Under the pieces are notes generated by a model. It had not been told where the DNA came from, did no database searches, and saw nothing but the letters and a program-made list of their open reading frames with translations. From assembly GCA_039809465.1 (NCBI GenBank), contig JBDHVB010000003.1:1-55463 (forward strand): a stretch of 55,463 nt of DNA, read 5' to 3'. Below, in pieces: positions 37,906 to 47,718 of the stretch. This DNA comes from Myxococcota bacterium (GTDB taxonomy: Bacteria > Myxococcota > XYA12-FULL-58-9 > JALHOP01). The stretch's first letter is position 1, and every line of letters starts with the position of its first letter. The position numbers and the translations under genes were made by a program.

Positions 37906-38484
37906 TCACTTTTCGAGGATCTGCGCGAGGCCCAGGGCATAGCCGACGTCGCCGCTGACCTGGATGCGGCTGTGGAGGAGCTGCGAGAGCCGTCCGCCAG
38001 CTAGGAGGAGCTTCCAGAGCTCCGTGTCCGTGACGCGGATCTTGGTCGTGGGCCCGCTGCCGGCGCCGACCCGCAGCGTGACCTCGGCCTCGTCACCCGC
38101 GTCGTCCTCGTAGACGTGCACGAGCTTACCGGGCTTCTTGCGGAGGGCGTCCAGGTCGATGCGGCGCAGGTGCTCGACGAGCTTCACTCCGCCGAGCCGC
38201 GGCTCCACGGTCTTGAAGACGCGCGGCAGCATGGCGATGGCGATGCGCCAACTCGTAAGGTCGGTGTCGAAGCTGATGAGCGGGGACGTGGCTCGGCCGT
38301 CGCGCACCGCGAGGCCGGCGTCGCCGACGGACACCTCGTAGTCAGCATCACCGCCGACGTTGATGCCGACCGTGATCGCGGGCACGCCGGAGACCTGGCC
38401 GACGAGCGCCAGCCAGAGCTCCGGTACATAGGAATGGTAGAACTCACGCGGCGTGATGCCGCGCTTGGGCACCGGCAACTTCAC
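37906..38484 (-). CDS. Hypothetical protein, SCP2 sterol-carrier-like fold
   Basis: GTG overlaps the pfkB stop. C-terminal LLHSRIQVSGDVGYALGL is typical of SCP2 domains. Confidence 0.62.
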   Translation of the reverse strand: MKLPVPKRGITPREFYHSYVPELWLALVGQVSGVPAITVGINVGGDADYEVSVGDAGLAVRDGRATSPLISFDTDLTSWRIAIAMLPRVFKTVEPRLGGVKLVEHLRRIDLDALRKKPGKLVHVYEDDAGDEAEVTLRVGAGSGPTTKIRVTDTELWKLLLAGGRLSQLLHSRIQVSGDVGYALGLAQILEK

Positions 38485-39404
38485 CAGGGGATGCCGACCG
38501 TCTCGAAATTGGTGAGGGCGTGGAGCTGCTCGAAGCGCTTGCGGATCTCCGCCGCCTCGAGCGACTCGTAGCGCTCGAGCCCGAAGCCCTCGACCGCGAA
38601 CGAGCCGAGCGAGCTCCCCATGACGATGGCCTGGCGCAGGGCGCGCGGGTCGACCGAGTCGAGGCGGGCGACGTGACCTAAGAGGCCACCGGCGAACGAG
38701 TCGCCAGCGCCGGTCGGGTCGAGGGCGGTCTCGAGCATGTACGCGGGGGCGACGAAAATGCCGTCGCTGGTGAACAGCGTGGCGCCATACTCGCCGCGCT
38801 TCACGACGATGATCTTGGGACCCATGGCCGCGATAGCGACAGCGGCCTTGCGCAGGTTCCACTCGCCCGAGAGCATGCGCGCTTCGCCCTCGTTCACCGA
38901 GAGCATGTGCACGTGCTTGAGCGTCTTCCTGAGCTCGGCGTTGGCGTTCTGGATCCAGTAGTTCATGGTGTCGGCGGCGACCAGCTTCGGCGCGTCGAGC
39001 TGCTCGACCACGTGGCGCTGCAATTGCGGATCGAAGTTGCCGAGCACGACGTACGGGAGCGGCTTGTAGGCCGAGGGGATCTTGGGCTCGAAGCTCGCGA
39101 GCACGTTGAGCTGCGTCTCGAGGGTGTGCGCGACGTTCAGGTTCTCGTCGTAGCGGCCGCTCCAGAAGAAGGTCTTGCCGCCTCTCTGACGCTCGATGCC
39201 GGCGGTGTCGATGCCACGCGATTGGAACTTCTCGAGCACGTCCTCGGGGAAGTCGTCGCCGATGACGCTCACGAGGTGGGGCTTGGTGAAGTAAGAAGCG
39301 GAGTGCCCGAGGAAGCTCGCCGAGCCGCCAACGGTCTTGTCACGCTTGCCGAACGGGGTTTCGATGGCGTCGAACGCCACGGTGCCTACGACCAAAAGAC
39401 TCAT
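38481..39404 (-). CDS. PfkB-family sugar/nucleoside kinase
   Basis: GTVAFD, GGSA, DTMNYWI, NEGEA, KRGEYGA, DPTGAGDSFAGG. Confidence 0.93.
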   Translation of the reverse strand: MSLLVVGTVAFDAIETPFGKRDKTVGGSASFLGHSASYFTKPHLVSVIGDDFPEDVLEKFQSRGIDTAGIERQRGGKTFFWSGRYDENLNVAHTLETQLNVLASFEPKIPSAYKPLPYVVLGNFDPQLQRHVVEQLDAPKLVAADTMNYWIQNANAELRKTLKHVHMLSVNEGEARMLSGEWNLRKAAVAIAAMGPKIIVVKRGEYGATLFTSDGIFVAPAYMLETALDPTGAGDSFAGGLLGHVARLDSVDPRALRQAIVMGSSLGSFAVEGFGLERYESLEAAEIRKRFEQLHALTNFETVGIPW

Positions 39405-39485
39405 GGGGTCGCGGTCGTAGCATGATTGACGCTGGGGACGCCACCCGCGGGCCCAACCGGCGCCCTCCGCGCTGGAGCCGCTGGG

Positions 39486-40487
39486 TCAGTCGGTCGCGTC
39501 GGTCACGGCTGGCGAGGGTTCCGGCGCCTTCTTGCGGGCGAGCTCGCGGCGGGCCTCGTCCACCACCTTGCGGATCTTCGGCGACGTGAAGACCGGGTCG
39601 AGCTGCGCGTCGGGCTTCATCTCGATCCACTTGGAGAAGTAGTCGAGGGCCGGGCCGTTTTGATCGAAGGCGACGGCGCAGTACCCGCAGTACTCGATGA
39701 CCCGCGTGCGCTCGTCACGGTTCAAGCGAGGCTCGCCCAAGAGGCGCTCGAGGTCTCGGCACGACTCGTCGAACTCACCCGCGTGGTACTGCTTGATGGC
39801 GCGGCGGATGCGCGCCGCCGGCGTCTTGTCGTTGGCCTCCTCGGGGGGAGGGACGGCGGCGAGCGGTGGGTCGGCGGGTCTCTTCTCGGGGTCCACGGTC
39901 TCGTCGGGGGCGGGCGTCGTGGCCGCGCCCTTGGGCATGGGCGACTTCTTCTTGAGGTCGAGCGTGTCCTTGTCGACGATGGGCACGAGGAGCTTCGTGC
40001 CGGGCGTCACCGACGTCGAGGCGAGCGCGTTGTACTCCTGCAGCAGCTTCATCTGCTTGGTGCCGTGGAAGTAGAGCTTGGTGATCCCGGCCAGGCTCTC
40101 GCTGGCGGCGACCGTGTGCTTGAGCACGAAGGGCATGATCAGCTCGCGACCGACCTCGAGGTCGTTGATGTCGGTGATGCCGTTCGCCGTCATGATGAAG
40201 CGGTAGCGCTCCTTGTCACCGAGCTCGCGCTTGGCGATGGAGGCGAGCGAGTCACCCTTGCGGATCTTGTAGACCCAGCTGCCGGGTACGACGTAGCTCT
40301 TGCCCGGCTTTGCGTCTGCTTCAGCGGACAGTCCGTTGCGGCCGGTGATGTAGGAGGCCTTCCAGCTCGAGCCGTAAAAGTAGCGCGCGACCTGTTGCAG
40401 CGTCTCGCCGTCGCGCAGGGTGTGCGTCACCTCGGCGGCGCTCGCGGGCGCCGCGCTCAGCAGGGCGATGAAGGCGAGCGCTCTCAT
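39486..40487 (-). CDS. Secreted protein with three LysM domains and a C-terminal TPR-like region
   Basis: Signal peptide, HTLRDGETL, YKIRKGDSLASIA, HTVAASESL, Pro-rich linker, LDPVFTSPKI. Confidence 0.85.
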   Translation of the reverse strand: MRALAFIALLSAAPASAAEVTHTLRDGETLQQVARYFYGSSWKASYITGRNGLSAEADAKPGKSYVVPGSWVYKIRKGDSLASIAKRELGDKERYRFIMTANGITDINDLEVGRELIMPFVLKHTVAASESLAGITKLYFHGTKQMKLLQEYNALASTSVTPGTKLLVPIVDKDTLDLKKKSPMPKGAATTPAPDETVDPEKRPADPPLAAVPPPEEANDKTPAARIRRAIKQYHAGEFDESCRDLERLLGEPRLNRDERTRVIEYCGYCAVAFDQNGPALDYFSKWIEMKPDAQLDPVFTSPKIRKVVDEARRELARKKAPEPSPAVTDATD

Positions 40488-41767
40488 CGTTTTCTCGCGA
40501 GCTCCACGCGGACGCTCTGGGTCACGCCGGGCTCGACGTCGACGATCTCGCGCTGCGGCTCGAAGTAGTCGTTGCGGAACTCGATGGAGTGGCGGCCAGG
40601 CGGCAAGATGATGGGCTTGGCGAAGGGCGTGGTGTCGTAGGTCTCGCCGTTCACCAGGACCTCGGCCCACGGCACCGCGTTCACGCGCACGAAGCCGTTC
40701 TCGATGCCCAGGTCCGCGACGTCGACGATGCCCGCCCAGCCCGCGAACAAGGCGAGCAATGCCGCGTTGGCGATGAGCAGGGGCCGGAGCACGACGGCTG
40801 CCGGCGATAGCGTACCGGTGTCGACGGCCTTCGATACGAGCGACTTCAAGTCCTCTTCGCGGACGTAGGTGGACGCCTCGTTGGCGCTCATCAGCTCGCG
40901 GTTGAGCAAGAAGATGACCAGGCGGCCGGCGTAGTTGATGCGCACGGTGCTGGCGACGTAGCTCTCGAGGTCGCGCCGCAGGTGCTCGGTGGTGCGGTAG
41001 CGCTTGTTGGGATCCTTGTTGAGGCACTTCTTGACGATGCGCTGCAGGCGCCACGGGATGTCGGGGTAGAGCTTGCGCGGCCGCACGTAGGGCTCGTTCA
41101 AGATGCGCTGCATGACGCTCTTCGAGTCGTCCTCGATGAACGGCTTCTTCCCGGTGAGCATCTGGTAGAGCACGATGCCGAACGAGAAGATGTCGGAGCG
41201 GAAGTCGACGCGCTCGCCCATGATCTGCTCGGGCGACATGTACGCTGGCGTGCCGATGGCGGTGCCGGGCCGCGTGAGGTCGTCGTTCGCGAGATCGCGG
41301 GCGATGCCGAAGTCCATCAGCTTCACCTCGCCTTGCTTGGTGATCATCAGGTTCGACGGCTTGAAGTCGCGGTGGATGACTCCGCGATAGTGGGCGTATT
41401 CGAGGGCGCGCGCGGCTTGCAGCGCGATGATGGCGGCGATCTCGGGGGGTAAGCGGCCGACGCGGCCGATCAGATCGTAGACGTCGATGCCCTCGACGAA
41501 CTCCATGACGATGTACATGGAGGAGGAGCGCGGGATGAAATCGTAGATGTGGACGATGTTCTGGTGGGCGAGGGCGGCGACGCTCTTCGCCTCGCGCTCG
41601 AAGCGCGTGACCAGTGACAGATCGGTGGCGAGCTCCTTGCGCAGCTCCTTGATGGCGACCAGGCGGTTGAGCGCCGGCTGCTCGGCCTTCCAGACCACCG
41701 CCATGCCGCCCGAGCCAATCTCCGAAATCACGGAATAGGCTCCGATTTTCTTGCCCTCGATGGTCAT
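40484..41767 (-). CDS. Ser/Thr protein kinase with TM helix and PEGA-like domain
   Basis: GSGGMA, VAIK, HRDFKPSN, DFG, GTPAYMSPEQ, PWAEVLVNG..TTP. Confidence 0.94.
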   Translation of the reverse strand: MTIEGKKIGAYSVISEIGSGGMAVVWKAEQPALNRLVAIKELRKELATDLSLVTRFEREAKSVAALAHQNIVHIYDFIPRSSSMYIVMEFVEGIDVYDLIGRVGRLPPEIAAIIALQAARALEYAHYRGVIHRDFKPSNLMITKQGEVKLMDFGIARDLANDDLTRPGTAIGTPAYMSPEQIMGERVDFRSDIFSFGIVLYQMLTGKKPFIEDDSKSVMQRILNEPYVRPRKLYPDIPWRLQRIVKKCLNKDPNKRYRTTEHLRRDLESYVASTVRINYAGRLVIFLLNRELMSANEASTYVREEDLKSLVSKAVDTGTLSPAAVVLRPLLIANAALLALFAGWAGIVDVADLGIENGFVRVNAVPWAEVLVNGETYDTTPFAKPIILPPGRHSIEFRNDYFEPQREIVDVEPGVTQSVRVELARKR

Positions 41768-41844
41768 GGCGACACCCTACGGTAGCCGGAAGGGGCGTGT
41801 GGGTTCAACGCGAAGACAAGATGGTCAATGGTTGCTGTCCCCAT

Positions 41845-42294
41845 TTAGAGGGACGAGGGGCACGCGAGCGTTTTCGTGTCCATCTTGCGGGTTGCTTGGT
41901 CGACCATGACGGCCAGCTCGTAACGCCCGCCGCCACGGGTGGTCTTGGCGGTGACGCGGCACTCCCACCACATCTCGAGGAAGCGGGGCGGGTGCAGCTG
42001 GGAGCGCTTGGGATCGTAGGGTGCGCAGCTGCCTGTCAGGCTGCGCTCCTCGCCTTCGGAGCCATTGGCGATGAGCGTCGCGAGGTAGTCACCCAGGGTC
42101 TCGCTGGCGACGCAGCCATCGTGATGGACCGCGGTTCCGAGCTTCAGTGCCTGCTGCTTGAAGAGGATCTGCAGCAGCTCTTTGAAATCGGGCGGAGTGG
42201 GGTCTTCGATGATCTGAGGCTTGGCCAATGCCTCGCGGCCGCAGACACATAGGCCTGCCGCCGCGAGCATGATGATCAGAACAGTCGAGCGCAT
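41845..42294 (-). CDS. Secreted hypothetical protein
   Basis: Signal peptide and four Cys in the mature region. Confidence 0.6.
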   Translation of the reverse strand: MRSTVLIIMLAAAGLCVCGREALAKPQIIEDPTPPDFKELLQILFKQQALKLGTAVHHDGCVASETLGDYLATLIANGSEGEERSLTGSCAPYDPKRSQLHPPRFLEMWWECRVTAKTTRGGGRYELAVMVDQATRKMDTKTLACPSSL

Positions 42295-42321
42295 GCGCAC
42301 CGACTGTGTAGCGCAAGTTGG

Positions 42322-42756
42322 TTACGAGCGCTTGTAGTCGTTCAGCTCGAGGCCGCTGAAGAAGTGGCTGATCTCGAACTTGGCGGTCTCGGGGGCGTCG
42401 CTGCCGTGGGCGGCGTTCTTCTCGATGTTCGTGGCGTAGAGCTTGCGGATGGTGCCCGCGTCCGCTTTGGCGGGATCGGTGGCGCCCATCAAGGTGCGGT
42501 TCTTCTTGATGGCGTCTTCACCTTCGAGGACGCTGACGAAGCACGGGCCGCTGCACATGAAGTCGACGAGGCTCTGGAAGAAGGGGCGCTCGCGGTGCAC
42601 GCCGTAGAACTGGCCCGCCTTCTCGGGGGTCAGGTGCATGAGCTTGCCGGCCACGATCTTGAGACCGTTCTTCTCGAAGATGGCGAGGATGTTGCCGATG
42701 TTGCCGGCGGCAACGGCGTCGGGCTTGACGATGGAGAGGGTGCGTTCGATAGCCAT
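42322..42756 (-). CDS. ndk: Nucleoside diphosphate kinase
   Basis: [36 protein letters not shown]. Confidence 0.97.
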   Translation of the reverse strand: MAIERTLSIVKPDAVAAGNIGNILAIFEKNGLKIVAGKLMHLTPEKAGQFYGVHRERPFFQSLVDFMCSGPCFVSVLEGEDAIKKNRTLMGATDPAKADAGTIRKLYATNIEKNAAHGSDAPETAKFEISHFFSGLELNDYKRS

Positions 42757-42902
42757 GGTTTTGCGTCCCTTTTGGAGAAAAGTTGGGGCGCTCAATGGCT
42801 CATGACGGGAGCTTGGTCAAGAGACGGTGAAGCGCCGGGTGTCCACGCGCGCGAATGCTGGGGCGCACAGGGCCCGGCGAGCTTCTGCCGTTCAGGCAAT
42901 CG

Positions 42903-43196
42903 CTACGGAACGATGCCGGCGCACTCATCGGCGCACTGGAAGACGGCTTCCGAGCACGAGGTGTCACCGTCGATGCACGACTCGCAGGCATCGGCGCGTC
43001 GCTCGTAACCAGAGACGTTGTCCGAGTTGTCTTCGCAGCGATCTTGGCAGGCGCTGACGTCGTAGCTCGAGTCGACGCAGTCATCGTACTTCTTGCAGAT
43101 CTTGAAGCAGTCGATCTTCTCCTCGGCCTCACCGCAAGCGAACGCCGAGAAACCCAGAGCAAGACAGGTGGCAACAGCCAACACAGCAAAACGCAT
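42903..43196 (-). CDS. Small Cys-rich lipoprotein
   Basis: Lipobox AFAC, multiple CxxxC/CxxC motifs, SD GGAGG. Confidence 0.8.
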   Translation of the reverse strand: MRFAVLAVATCLALGFSAFACGEAEEKIDCFKICKKYDDCVDSSYDVSACQDRCEDNSDNVSGYERRADACESCIDGDTSCSEAVFQCADECAGIVP

Positions 43197-43303
43197 TCTA
43201 AATATCCTCCATTGACCGCGTGAGCGGTCGTTGGATGGTGAAGCAAGCGGCGGGCCAACGCGCTGAGGCGCTTTATTTCAACGTCCGCTGTGGGGCGCAT
43301 GCG

Positions 43304-44494
43304 TTAGCGGGTGGGGAAACTTGCACCATGTGGGGCGCCGCTGCGCCTCTTCAGCTCCATGAGCGCGAGCTGATTGCGGTGTACTTCGTCGGGGCCGTCG
43401 GCGAGGCGGAGGGCGCGGGCGACGGCGTAGGCTTGGGCGAGGCCGAAGTCGTCGCAGAGGCCGGCGCCGCCGTGGGCTTGAATGGCCCAGTCGATGACCT
43501 GGCAGGCCATGCCGGGGGCGACGATCTTGATGGCCGCGATAGCGGGTGCGGCTTGCTTGTTGCCGAGCGCGTCGATCTGGCGGGCGGCGTCGAGGACCAG
43601 CAGGCGCGCTTGGTCGATGCGCACGCGTGACTCGGCGATACGCTCCAGCGTCACGCTCTGCTCGGCGAGCGGCTTGCCGAAGGCCTTGCGTGAGCTCACG
43701 CGGTCGCACATCCGCTCGAGCGCGCGCTCCGAAAGGCCAATGAGACGCATGCAATGATGGATGCGGCCGGGACCCAAGCGACCTTGCGCGATCTCGAAGC
43801 CGCGGCCTTCACCCAGGATGATGTGGTCCACGGGGACGCGCACGTTGGTGAAGCTGACCTCGGCGTGGCCATGGGGCGCGTCGTCGAAACCGAACACGCG
43901 CAACGCGCGGTGCACCGTGACGCCGGGCGCGTCGGCGGGCACGAGGATCATCGATTGGCGCCGGTGCCGGTCAGCGGCGGCCGGGTCGCTCTGGCCCATG
44001 AAGATGTAGAAGGCGCAGCGCGGATCGTTGGCGCCGCTGGTCCACCACTTGCGGCCGTTCACCACGTAGCTGTCGCCATCGCGGACAATCGAGCCCTCGA
44101 TGTTGGTCGCGTCGCTCGAGGCGACAGCCGGCTCGGTCATGGCGAAGGCGCTGCGGATGACGCCTTCGCGCAGGGGCGTAAGCCAGCGCTGCTTTTGAGC
44201 GTCGCTGCCGTAGCGGGCGAGCACTTCCATGTTGCCGGTGTCGGGCGCCGAGCAGTTGAAGACCTCGGCGGACCAGGGCACCCGGCCCATCAGCTCGCAG
44301 AGCGGGGCGTACTCGGCGTTGGCGAGCGTCTCGAAGAGGTTCCACAGGCCCTCGGCGCGGGCGGCCGCCTTCAACGGCTCCATGCCCGGCCATGGGGTCC
44401 AGCGCTGGTCGCTGACCGCGTGCCGGGCGAAGGCGTCCTCGTTGGGGTAGACATGCTTGTCCATGAAAGCGGACAAGCGCCGAATGAGCTCCAT
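43304..44494 (-). CDS. Acyl-CoA dehydrogenase
   Basis: [61 protein letters not shown]. Confidence 0.94.
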   Translation of the reverse strand: MELIRRLSAFMDKHVYPNEDAFARHAVSDQRWTPWPGMEPLKAAARAEGLWNLFETLANAEYAPLCELMGRVPWSAEVFNCSAPDTGNMEVLARYGSDAQKQRWLTPLREGVIRSAFAMTEPAVASSDATNIEGSIVRDGDSYVVNGRKWWTSGANDPRCAFYIFMGQSDPAAADRHRRQSMILVPADAPGVTVHRALRVFGFDDAPHGHAEVSFTNVRVPVDHIILGEGRGFEIAQGRLGPGRIHHCMRLIGLSERALERMCDRVSSRKAFGKPLAEQSVTLERIAESRVRIDQARLLVLDAARQIDALGNKQAAPAIAAIKIVAPGMACQVIDWAIQAHGGAGLCDDFGLAQAYAVARALRLADGPDEVHRNQLALMELKRRSGAPHGASFPTR

Positions 44495-44517
44495 GTCTAC
44501 CTCCGCGGACGAGGTCT

Positions 44518-45393
44518 CTAGCGCGCCATCGCCTTCTTCAAGGTCTCGGCGAGCTTCGACGGATCGCGCGTGGTCATGATGCCAGCGGCCTCCATCGCGG
44601 CGAACTTGCCCTCGGCGGTGTCCTCGCCGCCCGAGATGATGGCGCCCGCGTGACCCATGCGCTTGCCTGGCGGAGCGGTGGCGCCCGCGATGAAGCCGGC
44701 GATCGGCTTCTTCATGTTCGCCTTGGCCCACTTGGCGCCCTGGATCTCGGCCTGACCGCCGATCTCGCCGATCATGATGACGCCGTCGGTGTCGGGATCA
44801 TCGTTGAACAGCTTCAGGCAGTCGACGAAGTTGGTGCCGTTGACCGGGTCACCGCCGATGCCGATGCAGGTCGACTGACCCATGCCCATCTGCGTGAGCT
44901 GATAGACGGCCTCGTAGGTGAGGGTGCCGGAGCGCGAGACGACGGCGATGCGGCCGGGCTTGTGAATGAAGCCGGGCATGATGCCGATCTTGCACTGCCC
45001 AGGCGTGATGATGCCGGGGCAGTTCGGTCCGATGAGGCGGACGGGCATGTCCGAGATGGCGCGCTTCACGCGGACCATGTCGAGGATCGGAATGCCTTCG
45101 GTGATGCAGACGATGAGCGGCACGCCGGCCTCGGCGGCTTCCATGATCGCATCGGCCGCGAATGGCGGCGGCACGTAGATGACCGTGGCGTTCGCGCCGG
45201 TGGCCTTCACCGCCTGCGCGACGGTGTCGAAGAGCGGCACCTTGCCCTCGAACTTCTCGCCACCCTTACCCGGGGTGACGCCGCCGACCACGTTGGTGCC
45301 GTACTCGATCATCTGCTTGGCGTGGAAGGAGCCAGCCTGACCCGTGATGCCTTGGATGAGGAGGCGGGTGTTCTTGTCGACCAGGACGCTCAT
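44518..45393 (-). CDS. sucD: Succinyl-CoA synthetase alpha subunit
   Basis: [27 protein letters not shown]. Confidence 0.97.
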   Translation of the reverse strand: MSVLVDKNTRLLIQGITGQAGSFHAKQMIEYGTNVVGGVTPGKGGEKFEGKVPLFDTVAQAVKATGANATVIYVPPPFAADAIMEAAEAGVPLIVCITEGIPILDMVRVKRAISDMPVRLIGPNCPGIITPGQCKIGIMPGFIHKPGRIAVVSRSGTLTYEAVYQLTQMGMGQSTCIGIGGDPVNGTNFVDCLKLFNDDPDTDGVIMIGEIGGQAEIQGAKWAKANMKKPIAGFIAGATAPPGKRMGHAGAIISGGEDTAEGKFAAMEAAGIMTTRDPSKLAETLKKAMAR

Positions 45394-46580
45394 TTCTTAC
45401 CTCCTGCCGCGGCCACGGCTTTCGTGGCGGCGTCCAGCATGTCGTTCGCCGGGGTGATGGCGAGGCCGCTCTCGGCCAGGATCTTCTTACCGAGCTCGAC
45501 GTTGGTGCCTTCGAGACGAACCACGAGCGGCAGCTTCAAGCCGACTTGCTTGGCGGCGGTGACGATGCCCTCGGCGATGACGTCGCACTTGGCGATGCCA
45601 CCGAAGATGTTCACGAGGATGGCCTTCACGTTCTTGTCGGCGAGGATGATCTTGAACGCCGTGGTGACCTGCGCGGCGGTCGCGCCGCCACCGACGTCGA
45701 GGAAGTTCGCGGGCGCGCCGCCGGCGTACTTGATGATGTCCATGGTGGCCATGGCGAGACCGGCGCCGTTCACCAGGCAGCCGATGCTGCCGTCGAGGGC
45801 GACGTAGGAGAGGTTTGCGTCCTTGGCGTCGCGCTCCTTCGGATCCTCTTCGTCGACGTCGCGGTACGCCGCGATCTCCTTGTGACGGAAGAGGGCGTTC
45901 TCGTCGAAGTTGAGCTTCGCATCGAGGGCCATGACGTCGCCGCTCTTGGTGATGATGAGCGGGTTCACCTCGACCATCGCGGCGTCGGTGCCCACGAAGC
46001 ACTCGTAGAGCTTGTTGAAGACCGCGGCGCCTTGCTTGGCGGTGTCGCCCGTCATGCCGAGCTCGTAGGCGAGCGAGCGGCCCGCGAACGGCATCATGCC
46101 GGTGGCCGGCTCGATGAACTGCTTCAAGATCTTGTCCGGGTGCTTCTCGGCGACCTCTTCGATGTCCATGCCGCCTTCGGTCGACGCGATGAGCGCGATG
46201 CGGCTGCTATCGCGGTCGAGGACGACGGCGACGTAGAGCTCCTTGGCGATCTCGCTGGCCTGCTCCACCAAGACTTGCTTGACCTTCTGGCCTTCGGCGC
46301 CGGTCTGCTTGGTCCGCAGGTGATTGCCGAGGAGCTGCTTGGTGTAGTCGGCGGCCTCCTGGGCGTTTCCGACGACCTTGACGCCGCGCACCTCGGGCTT
46401 CTCGATGAGCGTGCCCTTGCCGCGGCCGCCGGCGTGGATCTGCGCCTTGACGACGACCTTACCGCCCAGCTCGGCGGCGACCTTCTGCGCCTCTTCCGGG
46501 GTCTTGGCGGCTCCGCCCTTGGGGACCGGAATTCCGAACTTTCTGAAGATCTCTTTGCCTTGGAACTCGTGAATCTTCAC
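45390..46580 (-). CDS. sucC: Succinyl-CoA synthetase beta subunit
   Basis: [45 protein letters not shown]. Confidence 0.97.
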   Translation of the reverse strand: MKIHEFQGKEIFRKFGIPVPKGGAAKTPEEAQKVAAELGGKVVVKAQIHAGGRGKGTLIEKPEVRGVKVVGNAQEAADYTKQLLGNHLRTKQTGAEGQKVKQVLVEQASEIAKELYVAVVLDRDSSRIALIASTEGGMDIEEVAEKHPDKILKQFIEPATGMMPFAGRSLAYELGMTGDTAKQGAAVFNKLYECFVGTDAAMVEVNPLIITKSGDVMALDAKLNFDENALFRHKEIAAYRDVDEEDPKERDAKDANLSYVALDGSIGCLVNGAGLAMATMDIIKYAGGAPANFLDVGGGATAAQVTTAFKIILADKNVKAILVNIFGGIAKCDVIAEGIVTAAKQVGLKLPLVVRLEGTNVELGKKILAESGLAITPANDMLDAATKAVAAAGGKK

Positions 46581-46669
46581 GTGACAGCCCTCGCGTCGTT
46601 CAAGTCGAATGCCATTACGCTCAAGGCGTCTTTCGGCGCAAGGGCACGTGGGCTAGATCGGGCAAAGCG

Positions 46670-47698
46670 ATGCAAGATGCCGACGCTTTTCGCAGTGTGC
46701 ACACCGCGAGCTTGCCTGCTCTGCTGCATGATCTCGGGGCTTCGGTCTTGGTCAGCACCTATCAGGCGGGCCGCGTCGTGGTGCTGCGCGGCGACGGTGA
46801 GCTCCTGGGGACGCACTTCAAGCCGTTCCCGAAGCCCATGGGCATGGCGGTGCAGGGGGCGCGCCTCGTCATCGGCACCGAGGTCGAGGTGCGCGAGCTG
46901 CACGACGTGCCGGCGGCGGGCGAGGGCCGGGTCGATGCGTGCTTCATGCCGATGCGCAGCTGGGTGACGGGCAACGTGCAGATCCACGAGGTCGGCATTG
47001 GCGCGACCATCTGGTTCGTGAACACGCGCTTCTCGTGCCTTGCGACCGTGAGCAGCGAGGGGAGCTTCATGCCGCGCTGGATGCCGCGGTTCGTGAGCGC
47101 GCTGGCGCCAGAGGATCGCTGCCACCTGAACGGCCTCGCGATGGCCGGGGGCGCGCCGTATTACGTGACCGCGCTCGCCGAGACCGACACGGCGCACGGC
47201 TGGCGTCCGCTCAAGCGGCATGGGGGAGTGATCATCGACGTGCGGTCGGGCGAGACCGTGGCGCGCGGGTTGTGCATGCCACACGCGCCGCGCTGGCATG
47301 ACGGCAAGCTCTGGGTGCTGCAGTCGGGGCTCGGCGCGTTGGGTGTCGTCGACACGCGCAGCGGCGCTTACGACGAGGTCGCGCGCTTCCCGGGCTTTAC
47401 GCGGGGGCTCGACTTCATCGGGCCGTATGCCTTCGTGGGCCTGTCGCAAGTCCGCGAAAGCGTCCATTTTGGCGAGCTCCCCATCACGGAGCTGCCGCTG
47501 GAGCAGCGCGCCTGTGGCGTTTGGGTGGTGGACACGCGCAGCGGCGAGACGGTCGGATGGGTGCGCTTCGAGGGCGCCGTCCAAGAGGTCTTCTCGGTGC
47601 TGGCGCTGCCGGGCCGGTGCTTCCCGGAGATGGGCCACGACGCCCCCGAGCTGGTGGCGCGTACATTCGTGATGCCGCAAGGTAGCGACCTGCGATAA
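46670..47698 (+). CDS. TIGR03032-family (DUF4915) protein
   Basis: STYQAG, TGNVQIHE, FVNTRFSCL, PEDRCHLNGLA, GLCMPHAPRW, PGFTRGL, GLSQVRE. Confidence 0.88.
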   Translation: MQDADAFRSVHTASLPALLHDLGASVLVSTYQAGRVVVLRGDGELLGTHFKPFPKPMGMAVQGARLVIGTEVEVRELHDVPAAGEGRVDACFMPMRSWVTGNVQIHEVGIGATIWFVNTRFSCLATVSSEGSFMPRWMPRFVSALAPEDRCHLNGLAMAGGAPYYVTALAETDTAHGWRPLKRHGGVIIDVRSGETVARGLCMPHAPRWHDGKLWVLQSGLGALGVVDTRSGAYDEVARFPGFTRGLDFIGPYAFVGLSQVRESVHFGELPITELPLEQRACGVWVVDTRSGETVGWVRFEGAVQEVFSVLALPGRCFPEMGHDAPELVARTFVMPQGSDLR

Positions 47699-47718
47699 TC
47701 AGCGCAAAGGGGGCATCG

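Noticed and set aside
37906-39404. PfkB kinase and SCP2-like genes as BMC cargo
   Set aside because: They are on the opposite strand, belong to a separate gene run, and show no encapsulation peptide.
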